NCBI GenBank assembly: GCA_028711995.1
Contig: JAQTRE010000001.1
Location: 33,799-97,798, forward strand
Source of the DNA: Dehalococcoidia bacterium
Lineage (GTDB): Bacteria; Chloroflexota; Dehalococcoidia; SZUA-161; SpSt-899
Reading direction: 5' to 3'
Length of the DNA stretch: 64,000 nucleotides
Shown here: positions 27,023 to 36,560 of the stretch, piece after piece
Layout of the letters: each line of letters begins with the position of its first letter
How positions within the stretch are numbered: position 1 is the first letter of the stretch
The notes under the pieces: generated by a model
What the model saw: only the letters and a program-made list of their open reading frames with translations
What the model was told of the DNA's origin: nothing
Database searches by the model: none
Made by a program: the position numbers and the translations under genes

Positions 27023-27720
27023 GCCACCCTCACAATCTTGCCAGTGGCCTCTTGGACCCTTCTCTTAAAGGCCTCCGCATCGCTGTTGGAATCGCTGAGG
27101 TGAAGCAACCATATCTCCCTGCATTGGCTCAGATCGTTGGCCTTCAGGAAGTCGAGCACCCGATCGATGCTCATGTGGTTGGCGTAAATTCTGCTCTTCA
27201 GCGATTGATGAAGCACCCCGCTGGCCACGTTCTCGCGGATGATGTCCTCATCGAAATTGCACTCGATCATGATCCTCGTCAGGCCATTGAATCGATATCT
27301 GGTGTATGCGGTGTCAGTCAAGAACAGTATCTTCTCGTCGCCGTGCATAATCAGAAATCCCAGCGAGCCCTCCGCGTCGTGCTCGGTCTCAAACGAGATC
27401 ACCGCCCATGGCCCGATGTTGGTATGCATCTGGTTTGGATCAAGCACGTGCAATCGATGGCCTGATACCTTCAACGCCTCGGCCGTCTCTTTGCTCATAT
27501 AACAGTCAATCCCGGCATCCATAAGCTTCTTGGCTGCCTTTGCGTGGTCCATGTGAGCATGGCTGATTAGGCACCCTTGAATCTCGGAGAGCTTGAAGTC
27601 TACGCCTTTGCGGATCCGGTCAATCGGAATGCCGGCCTCGATGAGAAGAGGGATTTTGCCATCGGAAATCCGATAGCAGTTACCGGTAGAACCGGAGGCG
27701 AGCACCTTGATATCAATCAT
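27019..27720 (-). CDS. Metallo-beta-lactamase-fold hydrolase (candidate recombination exonuclease)
   Basis: HAHMDH motif (ISHAHMDHAKA). Confidence 0.7.
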   Translation of the reverse strand: MIDIKVLASGSTGNCYRISDGKIPLLIEAGIPIDRIRKGVDFKLSEIQGCLISHAHMDHAKAAKKLMDAGIDCYMSKETAEALKVSGHRLHVLDPNQMHTNIGPWAVISFETEHDAEGSLGFLIMHGDEKILFLTDTAYTRYRFNGLTRIMIECNFDEDIIRENVASGVLHQSLKSRIYANHMSIDRVLDFLKANDLSQCREIWLLHLSDSNSDAEAFKRRVQEATGKIVRVA

Positions 27721-27874
27721 GATCGTCTCTCTTTGCCGTACTCTCCGGCTGTCAAGCCTCCAGAATTCACTGAGTTGTAAACCTCGCCCCGGCTTTCAGA
27801 CTGCTGCCTTTCTGGCATTGCTCGCGGGTTAGCAGCTACTCTCCGCGCATACGCCTCTATTTGGGGTATCAACT

Positions 27875-28798
27875 CTAAGCCCAGGAAGGCTCTGCTTTCT
27901 TCTCGTCCTTCTTCTGGTTTTCGTTGCCTGAATCCGCACCCGGCTGAGCACCGATCACCGGTCCTTGGTTAGCCTTGTCAACGATCTCGGCATCGATGAT
28001 CCCTTCATCTGCCTCGGCTTCCTCCGCTTCCACTTTGTAGTAGCTTTCGTTGGCTCTTTCAGGATCGACGGCCAATTTGTCCGTCACCCTATGAACCAAC
28101 GTCTTGAACTGCATGGCCTCTTCGTCATGCTCCCAGAAATCGTTGGTCTTTGCGGCTGTCTTGGAACGATTGAACTGCTTCGGACCGATGACGACCAGTA
28201 CATTTTTCTTCGGGTCTTCGTACATGATGTACCCGAATCCTCCGACAACCTTACCGCGATCAAATGGATTGACTATCTCGAACTCGTAGGAGTCTTGGTC
28301 ATGTTTCAGGCCCTTTTTGATCGCCGTAAATTTATCGCTCTCATGAACCAATTCATAGATGATATTGATGGGCTGCTCCCGGGCGACCTTGCGCCGGTAG
28401 TAGTCCTTGCCGACATACCCGATCCTCAGATCGAGGTCGTATTTGGACAGTTTCGTGTTAAAATACGGGATCGGGTGAATATGGTTCGGGATGAGCGCAT
28501 CGAGACCCAGATCCACGCGATGCACTGCATCGATGGCCAATTTATTCAGGTTGACGTTGTTCCAAACAATAGGCGTTCCTTGCTGATTCTTGACCAACCT
28601 CTTGGCCTCCAGTTCCTTCAGCGTGGCGTCCACCTTCAGGAATAGATGCTGCGCCAGTCTTTGCTGGTAGGCGGTCATCTGAACCCCTTTCCCTACTGTG
28701 CCAGAGAACTCACGAATCACCGTGTTCGTGAACCTCTCTGCATCGGTCTTCGCCACTGCCACGGTCGGTTTCTCTGGTGTCTGTGTCTGTCCTGTCAT
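27875..28798 (-). CDS. recT: RecT-family single-strand annealing recombinase
   Basis: RecT-like core (...DLRIGYVGKDYY...) and an acidic C-terminal tail. Confidence 0.55.
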   Translation of the reverse strand: MTGQTQTPEKPTVAVAKTDAERFTNTVIREFSGTVGKGVQMTAYQQRLAQHLFLKVDATLKELEAKRLVKNQQGTPIVWNNVNLNKLAIDAVHRVDLGLDALIPNHIHPIPYFNTKLSKYDLDLRIGYVGKDYYRRKVAREQPINIIYELVHESDKFTAIKKGLKHDQDSYEFEIVNPFDRGKVVGGFGYIMYEDPKKNVLVVIGPKQFNRSKTAAKTNDFWEHDEEAMQFKTLVHRVTDKLAVDPERANESYYKVEAEEAEADEGIIDAEIVDKANQGPVIGAQPGADSGNENQKKDEKKAEPSWA

Positions 28799-30795
28799 GC
28801 TAATACCTCCTTCCTTGTCTTAGCTTTCTCAACCCTGAGAGCCTTGTCAGCCTCAGAGACATAGAGCCGTATTTGTTGGCCCCGGGTCGGTAACAGTTCC
28901 GTCACCGACTCCGCGTTGTCCACAAATATCGGGGCCTCGAATCCGTAGTAATCGGCCAGCGCATTGATCACATCAAGACCCGCGTTTATTCTCATGCCGT
29001 TGTTCAACCCGCCGCCGTAGGGCACGCCATTGACCGTGACCTCGCAGCATTCATCAAGTGCCCCATTGATCTGAATCTTAAAGAGCCTGAAGCGTACCAA
29101 TTTGAACCGGCTATTGATCTTACTATCCAGAAGTGCAACCTTGGTACGCGTGAACTGATCGCATAGGAAAAGCTCTTTCTCTAGATTTTCGAATTCCGCG
29201 GACAACTTCTTTTCCTGCTCTTTCAATTCAGCTATTCGCTTCCGTCCACTCTCTCTGGCTCTGATCTGGGCGAATTGCTCTCCGACTTTGGCAATCTGTT
29301 CATCGAGAGTTGCAAGTTCGCATTTTATCTGACCTGTTTCTTGGGAACTCCCGGCCTTCAGTTGAGCGACGGCCTTCTCGATAGATTTTTTCTCTTCGAT
29401 CTTGACCTTGTGTGTTTCGGGAAGTGGATATGATTTCTGTAATGCATCCAGTCGAGACCGTATCTTTTCAGCATCGGCCTCCAGCGCTTCAATTTTTCGC
29501 TTGATCGTCTCAATCGAGGTATGAATCTCTTCATTGTCGGCCTTCAGGCGTTTCACTTCACCAGCGCGTCGTTTTCCCTCGGCATCGATGCGCTCCATGT
29601 CTTCGGCCTTCTGGCGGTTGAAAGTGGCACGCCGTTCATCCTCAGCGGCGCGGTGTTTTTCCAGAGCGTCCTGTATTTTCTCGGCAGGAAGTGGTGACCC
29701 GCAATATGGGCAATCCGTCGGCTGGGAAGGAAGTGGGCCTTCCTTGAATGTCCGATCTCTGGCCTCGTAAAATTGCACCTTTAGATTCGGTAGTAATCCT
29801 TCGTGCTCTCGAATGGACTGGGCATTTTGCGCTATGTGCCCTTCCTTGACCCTAATATCGAGCCTCAGACTAGCGATCTGATCGTGCAAGGGGATAAGTT
29901 TCTTGCGCTCAACGTCGATAACTGCGTCATTCTCAACTCTTGCCTTGCGATCGATATCCATGATCTCCGCTTCAATTATTCGTAGTTCTTTGGTCTTCTG
30001 TGCGACTCCACCGCCATTGGAGATGCTCGATAAAGACGATTCAGCTTTCTGGCGCGTGCCCCTAAGCTCGGTTAACTTTTTGGTTAACTTTTCCGCGTCT
30101 TCGGACACCTGCGGAAGCGCCCTGTTCGCCTCATCGATCCTCGCTGGGATCAACTTTAATTCATCGTTGATCTTCGTCTTCTGACCAGCTATCACCTTTT
30201 TGTGATCGTCGAGTTTCCGGTTTCCGAGAATTGCGGGAAGGCTTGCCAGTGCCTTTTCAGACGCTATAACCTCGGCATCTGTGAGGTCACCACTCATGTC
30301 CATGATGATCTTTCGACCATTCTTCCAGGGGAGAACCTCGCAGAAATACCTCGGGTTCGTGAGGAGCTTGAAAGTTTCCTCTCGTCCGGCGATGCCATCA
30401 ATGGCATCCATATATTCGTTCGCCTTTCTTGGCACTCCATCTACGAAATACTCGGTAGTATGGCCTGTGAACTCGGACTGTGCCGATCCCCGCTTCTTGG
30501 TGTACTTCTCAGCGTAGACCTTGCGAAGTGTTACCTGTCTATCTCCTAAATCGAGTACAGCCTCGACCTCATGGTTGAGGTTGTGCATCGGCTGTCCATT
30601 CGTTGCCAGAGTCTTGACCTCGAAGTCCGTTCGATTCAGGGAGTCTTTACCGAACAAGAGCCAGGAGAAGGCATCAGCCAACGTAGTCTTTCCAGTCCCA
30701 TTGTCACCAAAGATGAACTGGTCTGCTCCGCCAGGTTCAATGCTGAAATCTCTCAGCCCCTTGAAGTTTCTGAGCGTCAGTCTTTGCAGTTTCAT
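28795..30795 (-). CDS. SbcC/Rad50-like ABC ATPase with coiled coil and a CxxC zinc hook
   Basis: Walker A GDNGTGKTT, long coiled-coil middle, central CPYCGSP hook, C-terminal ABC signature/D-loop region. Confidence 0.7.
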   Translation of the reverse strand: MKLQRLTLRNFKGLRDFSIEPGGADQFIFGDNGTGKTTLADAFSWLLFGKDSLNRTDFEVKTLATNGQPMHNLNHEVEAVLDLGDRQVTLRKVYAEKYTKKRGSAQSEFTGHTTEYFVDGVPRKANEYMDAIDGIAGREETFKLLTNPRYFCEVLPWKNGRKIIMDMSGDLTDAEVIASEKALASLPAILGNRKLDDHKKVIAGQKTKINDELKLIPARIDEANRALPQVSEDAEKLTKKLTELRGTRQKAESSLSSISNGGGVAQKTKELRIIEAEIMDIDRKARVENDAVIDVERKKLIPLHDQIASLRLDIRVKEGHIAQNAQSIREHEGLLPNLKVQFYEARDRTFKEGPLPSQPTDCPYCGSPLPAEKIQDALEKHRAAEDERRATFNRQKAEDMERIDAEGKRRAGEVKRLKADNEEIHTSIETIKRKIEALEADAEKIRSRLDALQKSYPLPETHKVKIEEKKSIEKAVAQLKAGSSQETGQIKCELATLDEQIAKVGEQFAQIRARESGRKRIAELKEQEKKLSAEFENLEKELFLCDQFTRTKVALLDSKINSRFKLVRFRLFKIQINGALDECCEVTVNGVPYGGGLNNGMRINAGLDVINALADYYGFEAPIFVDNAESVTELLPTRGQQIRLYVSEADKALRVEKAKTRKEVLA

Positions 30796-30815
30796 CGTAA
30801 ACCCTCCCTTTCCTC

Positions 30816-31250
30816 TTATCTGTTTACCAGATCGGGTATCCGGCTTTCTGTCCTTCTATTCCACCCGAACAAACTCCAGCCCTTACGCCACATCCGTAGG
30901 CAGTTCTCGATGATTGATGCCTCTCGTTTCTGCGGCACTTCCTGTTTCACCATCGAGAGAGCCGCTATCTTCACTTGCTGTTCGTTCAACCTCTCAAATT
31001 TCTCAGCCTGAACGAAATACCGTATGGCTTGTCGTAATCTGGCTGCCTGGTAGGGGTGAGTCTTTCGGAGTTCTGTTTCTGCCTGGATAATGAGCGCATA
31101 CGCGGCATTCTGCTGTTCGTCCATTCGGAGATCGATCTGGGGGAAAGTGGACAGAGCACTTGCAGCGCTGATTCGGCAACTCTGGGCATCCATATTAGCA
31201 TCTAAGGCTTGGGTGAGAGCAATCTCTATTTCGTCTGGCTTACGATTCAT
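30816..31250 (-). CDS. Hypothetical protein
   Basis: ORF. Confidence 0.4.
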   Translation of the reverse strand: MNRKPDEIEIALTQALDANMDAQSCRISAASALSTFPQIDLRMDEQQNAAYALIIQAETELRKTHPYQAARLRQAIRYFVQAEKFERLNEQQVKIAALSMVKQEVPQKREASIIENCLRMWRKGWSLFGWNRRTESRIPDLVNR

Positions 31251-31434
31251 GGGTCACCCCCACAATCGTTTGCTTTTCCGCCCACTGCTTGAGTCCATGC
31301 ACCGGGACCCTGATGCATCGGCCTATCTGAACCTTTGGCAGCTCACCGGATGCCAGAAGCTCATACATCTTTGTCCTGCCAATGCCCAGAGCTTCGGCGG
31401 CCTCCAATGGCCTCAATAACACCTTCTCTTCCAT
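31240..31434 (-). CDS. AlpA/Xis-family HTH DNA-binding protein (excisionase or Cro-like)
   Basis: LRPLEAAEALGIGRTKMYELLASGELP is an HTH_17-type motif. Confidence 0.55.
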   Translation of the reverse strand: MEEKVLLRPLEAAEALGIGRTKMYELLASGELPKVQIGRCIRVPVHGLKQWAEKQTIVGVTHES

Positions 31435-31459
31435 CCTTCGTCCCTCCTTCCTTTACCCT

Positions 31460-31672
31460 TTACTGTTTGGTACAAACCAACTGGGTCCGAATCTCAAACC
31501 CAAGTCGACGCATCCAGGTATACAGGGTGCTTGGGTCAACGCCGATCTTTTGGCTTGTCTCCTCCATCGTTCCGGTCTCGTTGTATATCTGAGGCACGAT
31601 CTTCTCCAGTGGGCCGCCAAGGCGTTCCTCAGCAGCCAGCATTCTCTTGGTCTTGATCGGTCTTCGTCTCAT
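31460..31672 (-). CDS. Small HTH protein (Cro analog candidate)
   Basis: QKIGVDPSTLYTWMRR is HTH-like. It is the first gene divergent from the cI-like gene. Confidence 0.4.
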   Translation of the reverse strand: MRRRPIKTKRMLAAEERLGGPLEKIVPQIYNETGTMEETSQKIGVDPSTLYTWMRRLGFEIRTQLVCTKQ

Positions 31673-31836
31673 CTACTTACCACCTCACTAATTTCTGTTC
31701 TGCCAAGCTGCCATCCGCATCTCTTCGCCAGCTTTGCGGTTTAGCTCGCGCTCCACGAACTCAAGTGCGAGTTCAGCAGTTGATTTGTGAGCATTCTTCT
31801 TTCTGTTCATCTTCCTTCTCCTGTCGGCGCTTCCCT

Positions 31837-31864
31837 ACGTCACAGAGTGACGTTAAATGTCACT
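31837..31864. promoter_or_regulatory. Operator-like palindrome ACGTCACAGAGTGACGT plus a third GTCAC half-site
   Basis: Perfect 7-bp inverted repeat in the cI/cro intergenic region. Confidence 0.45.
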
Positions 31865-31927
31865 CATCGGACAAAAAAATCCAGTCGCTCCCAATCTACC
31901 TTTGTAGTGATATTTACTGTCTTCAGT

Positions 31928-31944
31928 GTAACATATTACGTTAC
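31928..31944. promoter_or_regulatory. Operator-like palindrome GTAACATATTACGTTAC
   Basis: Inverted repeat GTAAC/GTTAC lying 58 bp upstream of the cI-like ATG. Confidence 0.4.
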
Positions 31945-32001
31945 TAGAGTCAATGGTTAATTTAATATGATTTTGACATTTCATGGTACAATAGAAACAC
32001 G

Positions 32002-32709
32002 ATGAACAAGGACACGTTGAAATATACAGGGGCTGCGGTGAAGAGAGCGATGGAAGAGGCTAACATGTCCCCAGAGGACTTGGCTTCTAAATGGGGCTGC
32101 GCGAAGGGCCATCTATATCGCATATTCCGGGGCGAAACCGCGCTCAATATTGAGGGTTTGGAGCGTTTTGCGGTCATCTTTGGCAAACCCCGGAGTTATT
32201 TCCTTCCCCCTGAAGAGCAACCACCCTCCCGAAGTGCCTCAGAGATCATTTCAGAACTCGGGCAGAAGATACGAGAGATGGAGGCCAAAGGCAAGCCGCA
32301 GGGGATTGCGGAACCAATGCCGGTCAAAATGGTGCCGTTTTTTAGTCAAGGCCTCTCGCTCGGCCCGGACGGAAAGCTGGCGATCGAAAACCTTGAGGTC
32401 GCCGATTATGTCCCAATTCCCGAAAAGGACTGGAAACTGTCTCTCAAGGCCGCTCGCGCTCACGGTGATTGTCTCACCGGCAAGATAGAGAATGGTGACA
32501 CCGTGGTATTCGATCCAGACATGACGCCCACCAATGGCCGCTATATCATTTGCTCTCACCGAAAATCAGAGGCCGATGAATGGGAGACAGGGGTTAAGCG
32601 CTTCCGCCAAGTGGGAGACGCTGCCTTTCTGGAGGACAACCTCCGCACCTATACTCTGAAGGATTGCCGAATTATCGGCGTAGTGATCAAGATCACCAGA
32701 GACGTTTGA
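32002..32709 (+). CDS. cI/LexA-like repressor (XRE HTH plus S24 peptidase domain)
   Basis: N-terminal HTH; C-terminal S24 region (GDCLTGKIENGDTVVFD...IIGVV). Confidence 0.75.
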   Translation: MNKDTLKYTGAAVKRAMEEANMSPEDLASKWGCAKGHLYRIFRGETALNIEGLERFAVIFGKPRSYFLPPEEQPPSRSASEIISELGQKIREMEAKGKPQGIAEPMPVKMVPFFSQGLSLGPDGKLAIENLEVADYVPIPEKDWKLSLKAARAHGDCLTGKIENGDTVVFDPDMTPTNGRYIICSHRKSEADEWETGVKRFRQVGDAAFLEDNLRTYTLKDCRIIGVVIKITRDV

Positions 32710-32716
32710 GGATGGA

Positions 32717-33007
32717 ATGGCCACGATTCAAGAAATCCTCAAAAAAGCCCGCAAAGATCAAGGGCTCAGTATGCGGAAGCTGGCGGAAGCCTCCGGGGTC
32801 AGCTTCTCCTATATCCAACTTCTGGAGTCCGGTAAACGAAAGAATATCACTGTCCCTATCGCACAGAAGCTTGCCGGTGCTCTCGGCGTAGACCCCGCGA
32901 TATTCTTCAACGGAGACGTACAGGTTAAGCGCCCCATCTCGGCAATCCTGCTGGAACTAGCCGAGCGAGTCAAGGAACTGGAAGACCAGGTCAAGGAATT
33001 GGAATAG
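32717..33007 (+). CDS. XRE-family HTH protein
   Basis: LSMRKLAEASGVSFSYIQLLESGKR. Confidence 0.6.
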   Translation: MATIQEILKKARKDQGLSMRKLAEASGVSFSYIQLLESGKRKNITVPIAQKLAGALGVDPAIFFNGDVQVKRPISAILLELAERVKELEDQVKELE

Positions 33008-33044
33008 TGAATCAATGCTCCATTTGGGGATTTGACGAGGAATC

Positions 33045-34271
33045 ATGAGAGGCCGCATCGTTAAGCGCTACGAGGACTCCTGGACAATCGTTGTCGATAT
33101 TGGCCGCGATCCGCAGACTGGAAAGCGAAAACAGATGTCGAGGTCCATCAAAGGGACCAAGAAGGAAGCCGAAAAGCGGCTTGCCGAGATTATCCATCAA
33201 CTTGAAAAGGGAACATTTACCAAGCCTCAGAAAATCACCTTCGGCGAATATCTCCATCAGTGGCTCAAGAACCACTCATCCAAGCTAGGGCCTCGAACTA
33301 TCGAGGATTATGAACTGGACATCAGGAAACATATCTTACCGTCTCTTGGCGCAATATATCTATCTCAGTTAAAACCTCAGCATCTTGAAGACTACTATGC
33401 CGAAAAACTGGAGCATGGCCGTTGCGACGGTAAAGGCGGTCTGTCTCCCAAAACTATCCGAAATCATCATCACATCATTCACGCAGCGCTTCAAAAGGCC
33501 CTGACAACGCACTTGATCCAAGTAAACCCCGCCGACGCTGTAGAGTTACCAGAAAAGCAGCATTATGAATTTCCCACATGGGATGAAAATGAGGTCAATA
33601 AGTTTCTTGAGGCGATTAAAAATAGTCCGTATTACACCATTTTCTACCTTGCCCTCTTCACGGGTGCGAGACGCAGCGAAGTGCTGGCTTTGCGCTGGCA
33701 GGACACCAATCTGACGTTGGGGCAAATTCAAATAAATCGAAGCCTACACAGGCTGAAGGGTGGAAAGCTCGTCTTCCGTCCCACCAAAACAAAGAGGAGC
33801 CGTCGCACCATTGCCCTATCTCCCTCTACGATTATCACGTTGCGTAATCACAAGGAAGCGCAGAGGCTTGAGTGGAATATGGCAGACAGAAACCCAACCG
33901 AGGAAACGCTCGTCTTTTGTCATTTTGACGGAACTCCACTGGTGCCAGATACCGTCACCCATGCATGGCAGAGAGTCCTTAAACAGGCGGGAGTTGATCT
34001 CAAGAGAATCCGGATGCATGACGCCAGACATTCTCACGCATCCCTGCTACTCAAGCAAGGGGTACACCCCAAAATCGTTCAGGAGCGTCTGGGACATAGT
34101 TCTATCAGCATGACGCTGGATACTTACAGCCATGTAATGCCGGGCCTGCAAGAAGCCGCCGCCAAGGGATTTGATGGGATATTGCAGGAACCGAAAACAG
34201 AGGTTCTTGAAAACCTCCGTGATCGAAATGTGATCGAAAACAAAAATAGCCCTCATCAGAAAACCCGGTGA
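33045..34271 (+). CDS. int: Tyrosine recombinase / phage integrase
   Basis: C-terminal catalytic box HDARHSHASLLLKQGVHPKIVQERLGHSSISMTLDTYSH (H-x-x-R ... Y). Confidence 0.85.
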   Translation: MRGRIVKRYEDSWTIVVDIGRDPQTGKRKQMSRSIKGTKKEAEKRLAEIIHQLEKGTFTKPQKITFGEYLHQWLKNHSSKLGPRTIEDYELDIRKHILPSLGAIYLSQLKPQHLEDYYAEKLEHGRCDGKGGLSPKTIRNHHHIIHAALQKALTTHLIQVNPADAVELPEKQHYEFPTWDENEVNKFLEAIKNSPYYTIFYLALFTGARRSEVLALRWQDTNLTLGQIQINRSLHRLKGGKLVFRPTKTKRSRRTIALSPSTIITLRNHKEAQRLEWNMADRNPTEETLVFCHFDGTPLVPDTVTHAWQRVLKQAGVDLKRIRMHDARHSHASLLLKQGVHPKIVQERLGHSSISMTLDTYSHVMPGLQEAAAKGFDGILQEPKTEVLENLRDRNVIENKNSPHQKTR

Positions 34272-34293
34272 GGGCCATTTTAGCTTCGATTTT

Positions 34294-34370
34294 TGGGGTG
34301 GGTAGAGGGGATCGAACCCTCGATCTCCAGGGCCACAACCTGGCGCCTTAACCACTGGGCTATACCCACC
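34294..34370 (-). tRNA. tRNA-His (anticodon GUG) with G-1:C73
   Basis: Hand fold: acceptor GTGGGTA/TACCCAC, D-arm GCCC-AGTGGTTAA-GGCG, anticodon stem-loop CCAGG-TTGTGGC-CCTGG, T-arm GAGGG-TTCGATC-CCCTC, extra 5' G, encoded CCA. The 3' end lies 22 bp from the integrase stop. Confidence 0.8.
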
Positions 34371-34405
34371 ACACACAAGGAGAGGAGATATTCCAAAGCC
34401 TTATT

Positions 34406-35500
34406 CTAACTTCTGGAACGCCAGTCGTCAAGCCGATTGACCGCCTGGCGCTTCTCGCTGCCATCAAGTTTAGCTCTGAGCACTGCCTTTCTCAATAGCT
34501 CGATGCTCTGATCGTAGGTGCGCCGATCTACCGGATAGGGAATGCCGTCTTTTCCTCCGTGGGCAAAGCTGAACCGGGCCGGATCGGTGAAACTGGGCGG
34601 AGCGCCATAGATCAGCTCGGAAAGGAGCGAAAGGGCGCGAATGGTTTTGGGCCCGACTCCCGGCAGCCCCAGCAACTCCTCGAAATCACCCGGACTGCGC
34701 TCGTAGGTAGCGGTAATGATCTTGCTGATCCGATCGGGGTGGATATCCTGAACAATGATCTGGTGCCGGCTCGGCAGGGTCAACAACTGAAGCTTCTTCA
34801 GTTCGCCGATGGTCTTTTCCGGTTTGTTTTCAGCAGCGATTCCGGTGATCACCTCTCGCGCCGGGGTGCTTTCCGCCGCCACCAAGTTGAGGACGTCTTT
34901 CCCGAACTGCTCGGCGCAGATGGCCGCATGGGGTTCGCAGACAAAATCGGTAACTCCCTCGCCGAGCCAGTGGTATCGGCGAGCATAGCGAGTGCTCTCG
35001 TTCATCCCCTGCTGAACCACTGCCCACGATCCCTCGCGGGTAAAAAGCATGACGTGATGATACAACTGATAGCCGTCCTGCAAGGCAGCGCTATCCACCT
35101 TGGCTGCCATTTTACTCGCATAAACGAGTGAGGCGGGATCGGCCGAAATGAGATTGCCACAGTCCTCGATTTGCTCCGGTGTTTTCCGGGAAGTGGCCCC
35201 TTTGCCGCCGGCCATGAAAAGCCCCAGATCACCCTGAATCTCCCGAATCCCCTCCTTGAGCGCGCCACAGGTGGTAGTAGTCAGCCCACTGGAATGCCAG
35301 TCGAACCCCAACACGCAGCCGAAAGCCTGAAACCAGTAGGGATCGGAGACCTTGTGCAGCATCTCATCGGGGCCAAACTCTTCCACGATCACGATGCATA
35401 TCTCGCGGGCCAGCTTGGTCATCCGTTCGAAGAGCCATCGCGGAGCTTTGCCGCCGTGAAGGGGTAAATTGGCTACGCCCGTTCGGGAAGCGGGAGACAT
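34406..35500 (-). CDS. DUF763-family conserved protein
   Basis: HGGKAPRWLFERM...DPYWFQAFGCVLGFDWHSSGLTTT pattern recalled as DUF763. Confidence 0.45.
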   Translation of the reverse strand: MSPASRTGVANLPLHGGKAPRWLFERMTKLAREICIVIVEEFGPDEMLHKVSDPYWFQAFGCVLGFDWHSSGLTTTTCGALKEGIREIQGDLGLFMAGGKGATSRKTPEQIEDCGNLISADPASLVYASKMAAKVDSAALQDGYQLYHHVMLFTREGSWAVVQQGMNESTRYARRYHWLGEGVTDFVCEPHAAICAEQFGKDVLNLVAAESTPAREVITGIAAENKPEKTIGELKKLQLLTLPSRHQIIVQDIHPDRISKIITATYERSPGDFEELLGLPGVGPKTIRALSLLSELIYGAPPSFTDPARFSFAHGGKDGIPYPVDRRTYDQSIELLRKAVLRAKLDGSEKRQAVNRLDDWRSRS

Positions 35501-35523
35501 GCAAACACCTACCTTGATGCCGC

Positions 35524-35625
35524 TCGCCCTTCGACAAGCTCAAGGTGAGCGGATAGTAAAATAAGGAAGCTCTGATCAAGTGGTACAGGATTCCTCCTGC
35601 CGGGGTTTTAGAGCCTGCCCTGAGC
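35524..35625. repeat. 19-bp inverted repeat pair (CCCTTCGACAAGCTCAAGG / CCCTGAGCTTGTCGAAGGG) flanking 63 bp; a dispersed intergenic palindromic element
   Basis: The two arms match at 18 of 19 positions as reverse complements. Related copies occur at 36413-36470 and 56645-56668. Confidence 0.6.
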
Positions 35626-35714
35626 TTGTCGAAGGGGGTGTCCACTAAATTCCCTTTCTTCCCCCAAGAGTGGGGGCCAGGGGGTTGACCAGAACTGAAT
35701 CAGCGCTTCTATAA

Positions 35715-36356
35715 CTAATCCTGTCCTTCAGGCTCCGTGACCGGCTCTTTGGGAGGATTATCGCGAACCCAGCGATAGAGTTCATCCAATGCCGGGGGGG
35801 AAACGCTGAAAACCTCGATGCCGGGCGGAAATTGAAGTCGGTGACCTTCCCGGATGAAGAGGATGCTGGCCTCCCCCGCCTTGAGGGTCTCCTCGATCCG
35901 TTTGGTCATGTGCTCGTATCGCTTTGCGGAAGCCTCCATGTAGTGTTTGGCCACAATATCCGCCGCCTTCCGGCTGATGAACCCCGCCATGATGAAGCGC
36001 TCCCAATCCATGATCTCATCGTTGAGCTCCCGGTCGTCCAGAGCCTCCAGTATCGCGCCTTGCCGACATCTCTCTGTAGTGAGATTGCAGGAACTCGGAT
36101 TCAACTTCTCCAGAAGCTTCAGTCCTTCCTGCCCCGAGACGGCGATCGATTCATGGTAAATCCGCGTGACCGGTCCGGCAGCCGCTTCAAGCCTGGCGAT
36201 ATGGTCTTTCACCTGCGCCCAGTAACGGCTCAGGATTTCGATATACTCTCCCGGCGCTTCAGGCCCCATGAAGAGAAGGGGCACCAGATACAGCTTTCGC
36301 TTGCCCCTGAAACTTTCGGCCTCCGGCCTTTCAATTCTTCCCAGTTCTTCTGCCAT
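35715..36356 (-). CDS. Hypothetical protein
   Basis: ORF. Confidence 0.4.
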   Translation of the reverse strand: MAEELGRIERPEAESFRGKRKLYLVPLLFMGPEAPGEYIEILSRYWAQVKDHIARLEAAAGPVTRIYHESIAVSGQEGLKLLEKLNPSSCNLTTERCRQGAILEALDDRELNDEIMDWERFIMAGFISRKAADIVAKHYMEASAKRYEHMTKRIEETLKAGEASILFIREGHRLQFPPGIEVFSVSPPALDELYRWVRDNPPKEPVTEPEGQD

Positions 36357-36560
36357 ATTTTCACCTGCCTGAAAATAGTCTATCTGCCATTACTACGAAA
36401 ATACGCTTTCATCCGTTTGCCCTGAGCTGTGAGCTTGTCGAACAGTCGATGGGCTGTTCATGGTTCGACAGGCTCACCACGAACGGTATTCTCACCCAGG
36501 CATATATCCCAGCACTCTCCAACCACGGAGCAAAAAATCACCCCTCCAAACTCCTGCGCA

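Larger units (their letters stand above)
8985..34294. mobile_element. Prophage or defective prophage integrated at the tRNA-His 3' end (attL at about 34294). The left boundary is uncertain; the element may extend through the defence island at 1-8910 and beyond the window
   Basis: Integrase next to the tRNA; immunity, replication, recombination and packaging modules present; no capsid or tail genes between the Mu-F-like gene and the GHKL/type I restriction-modification genes. Confidence 0.6.
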
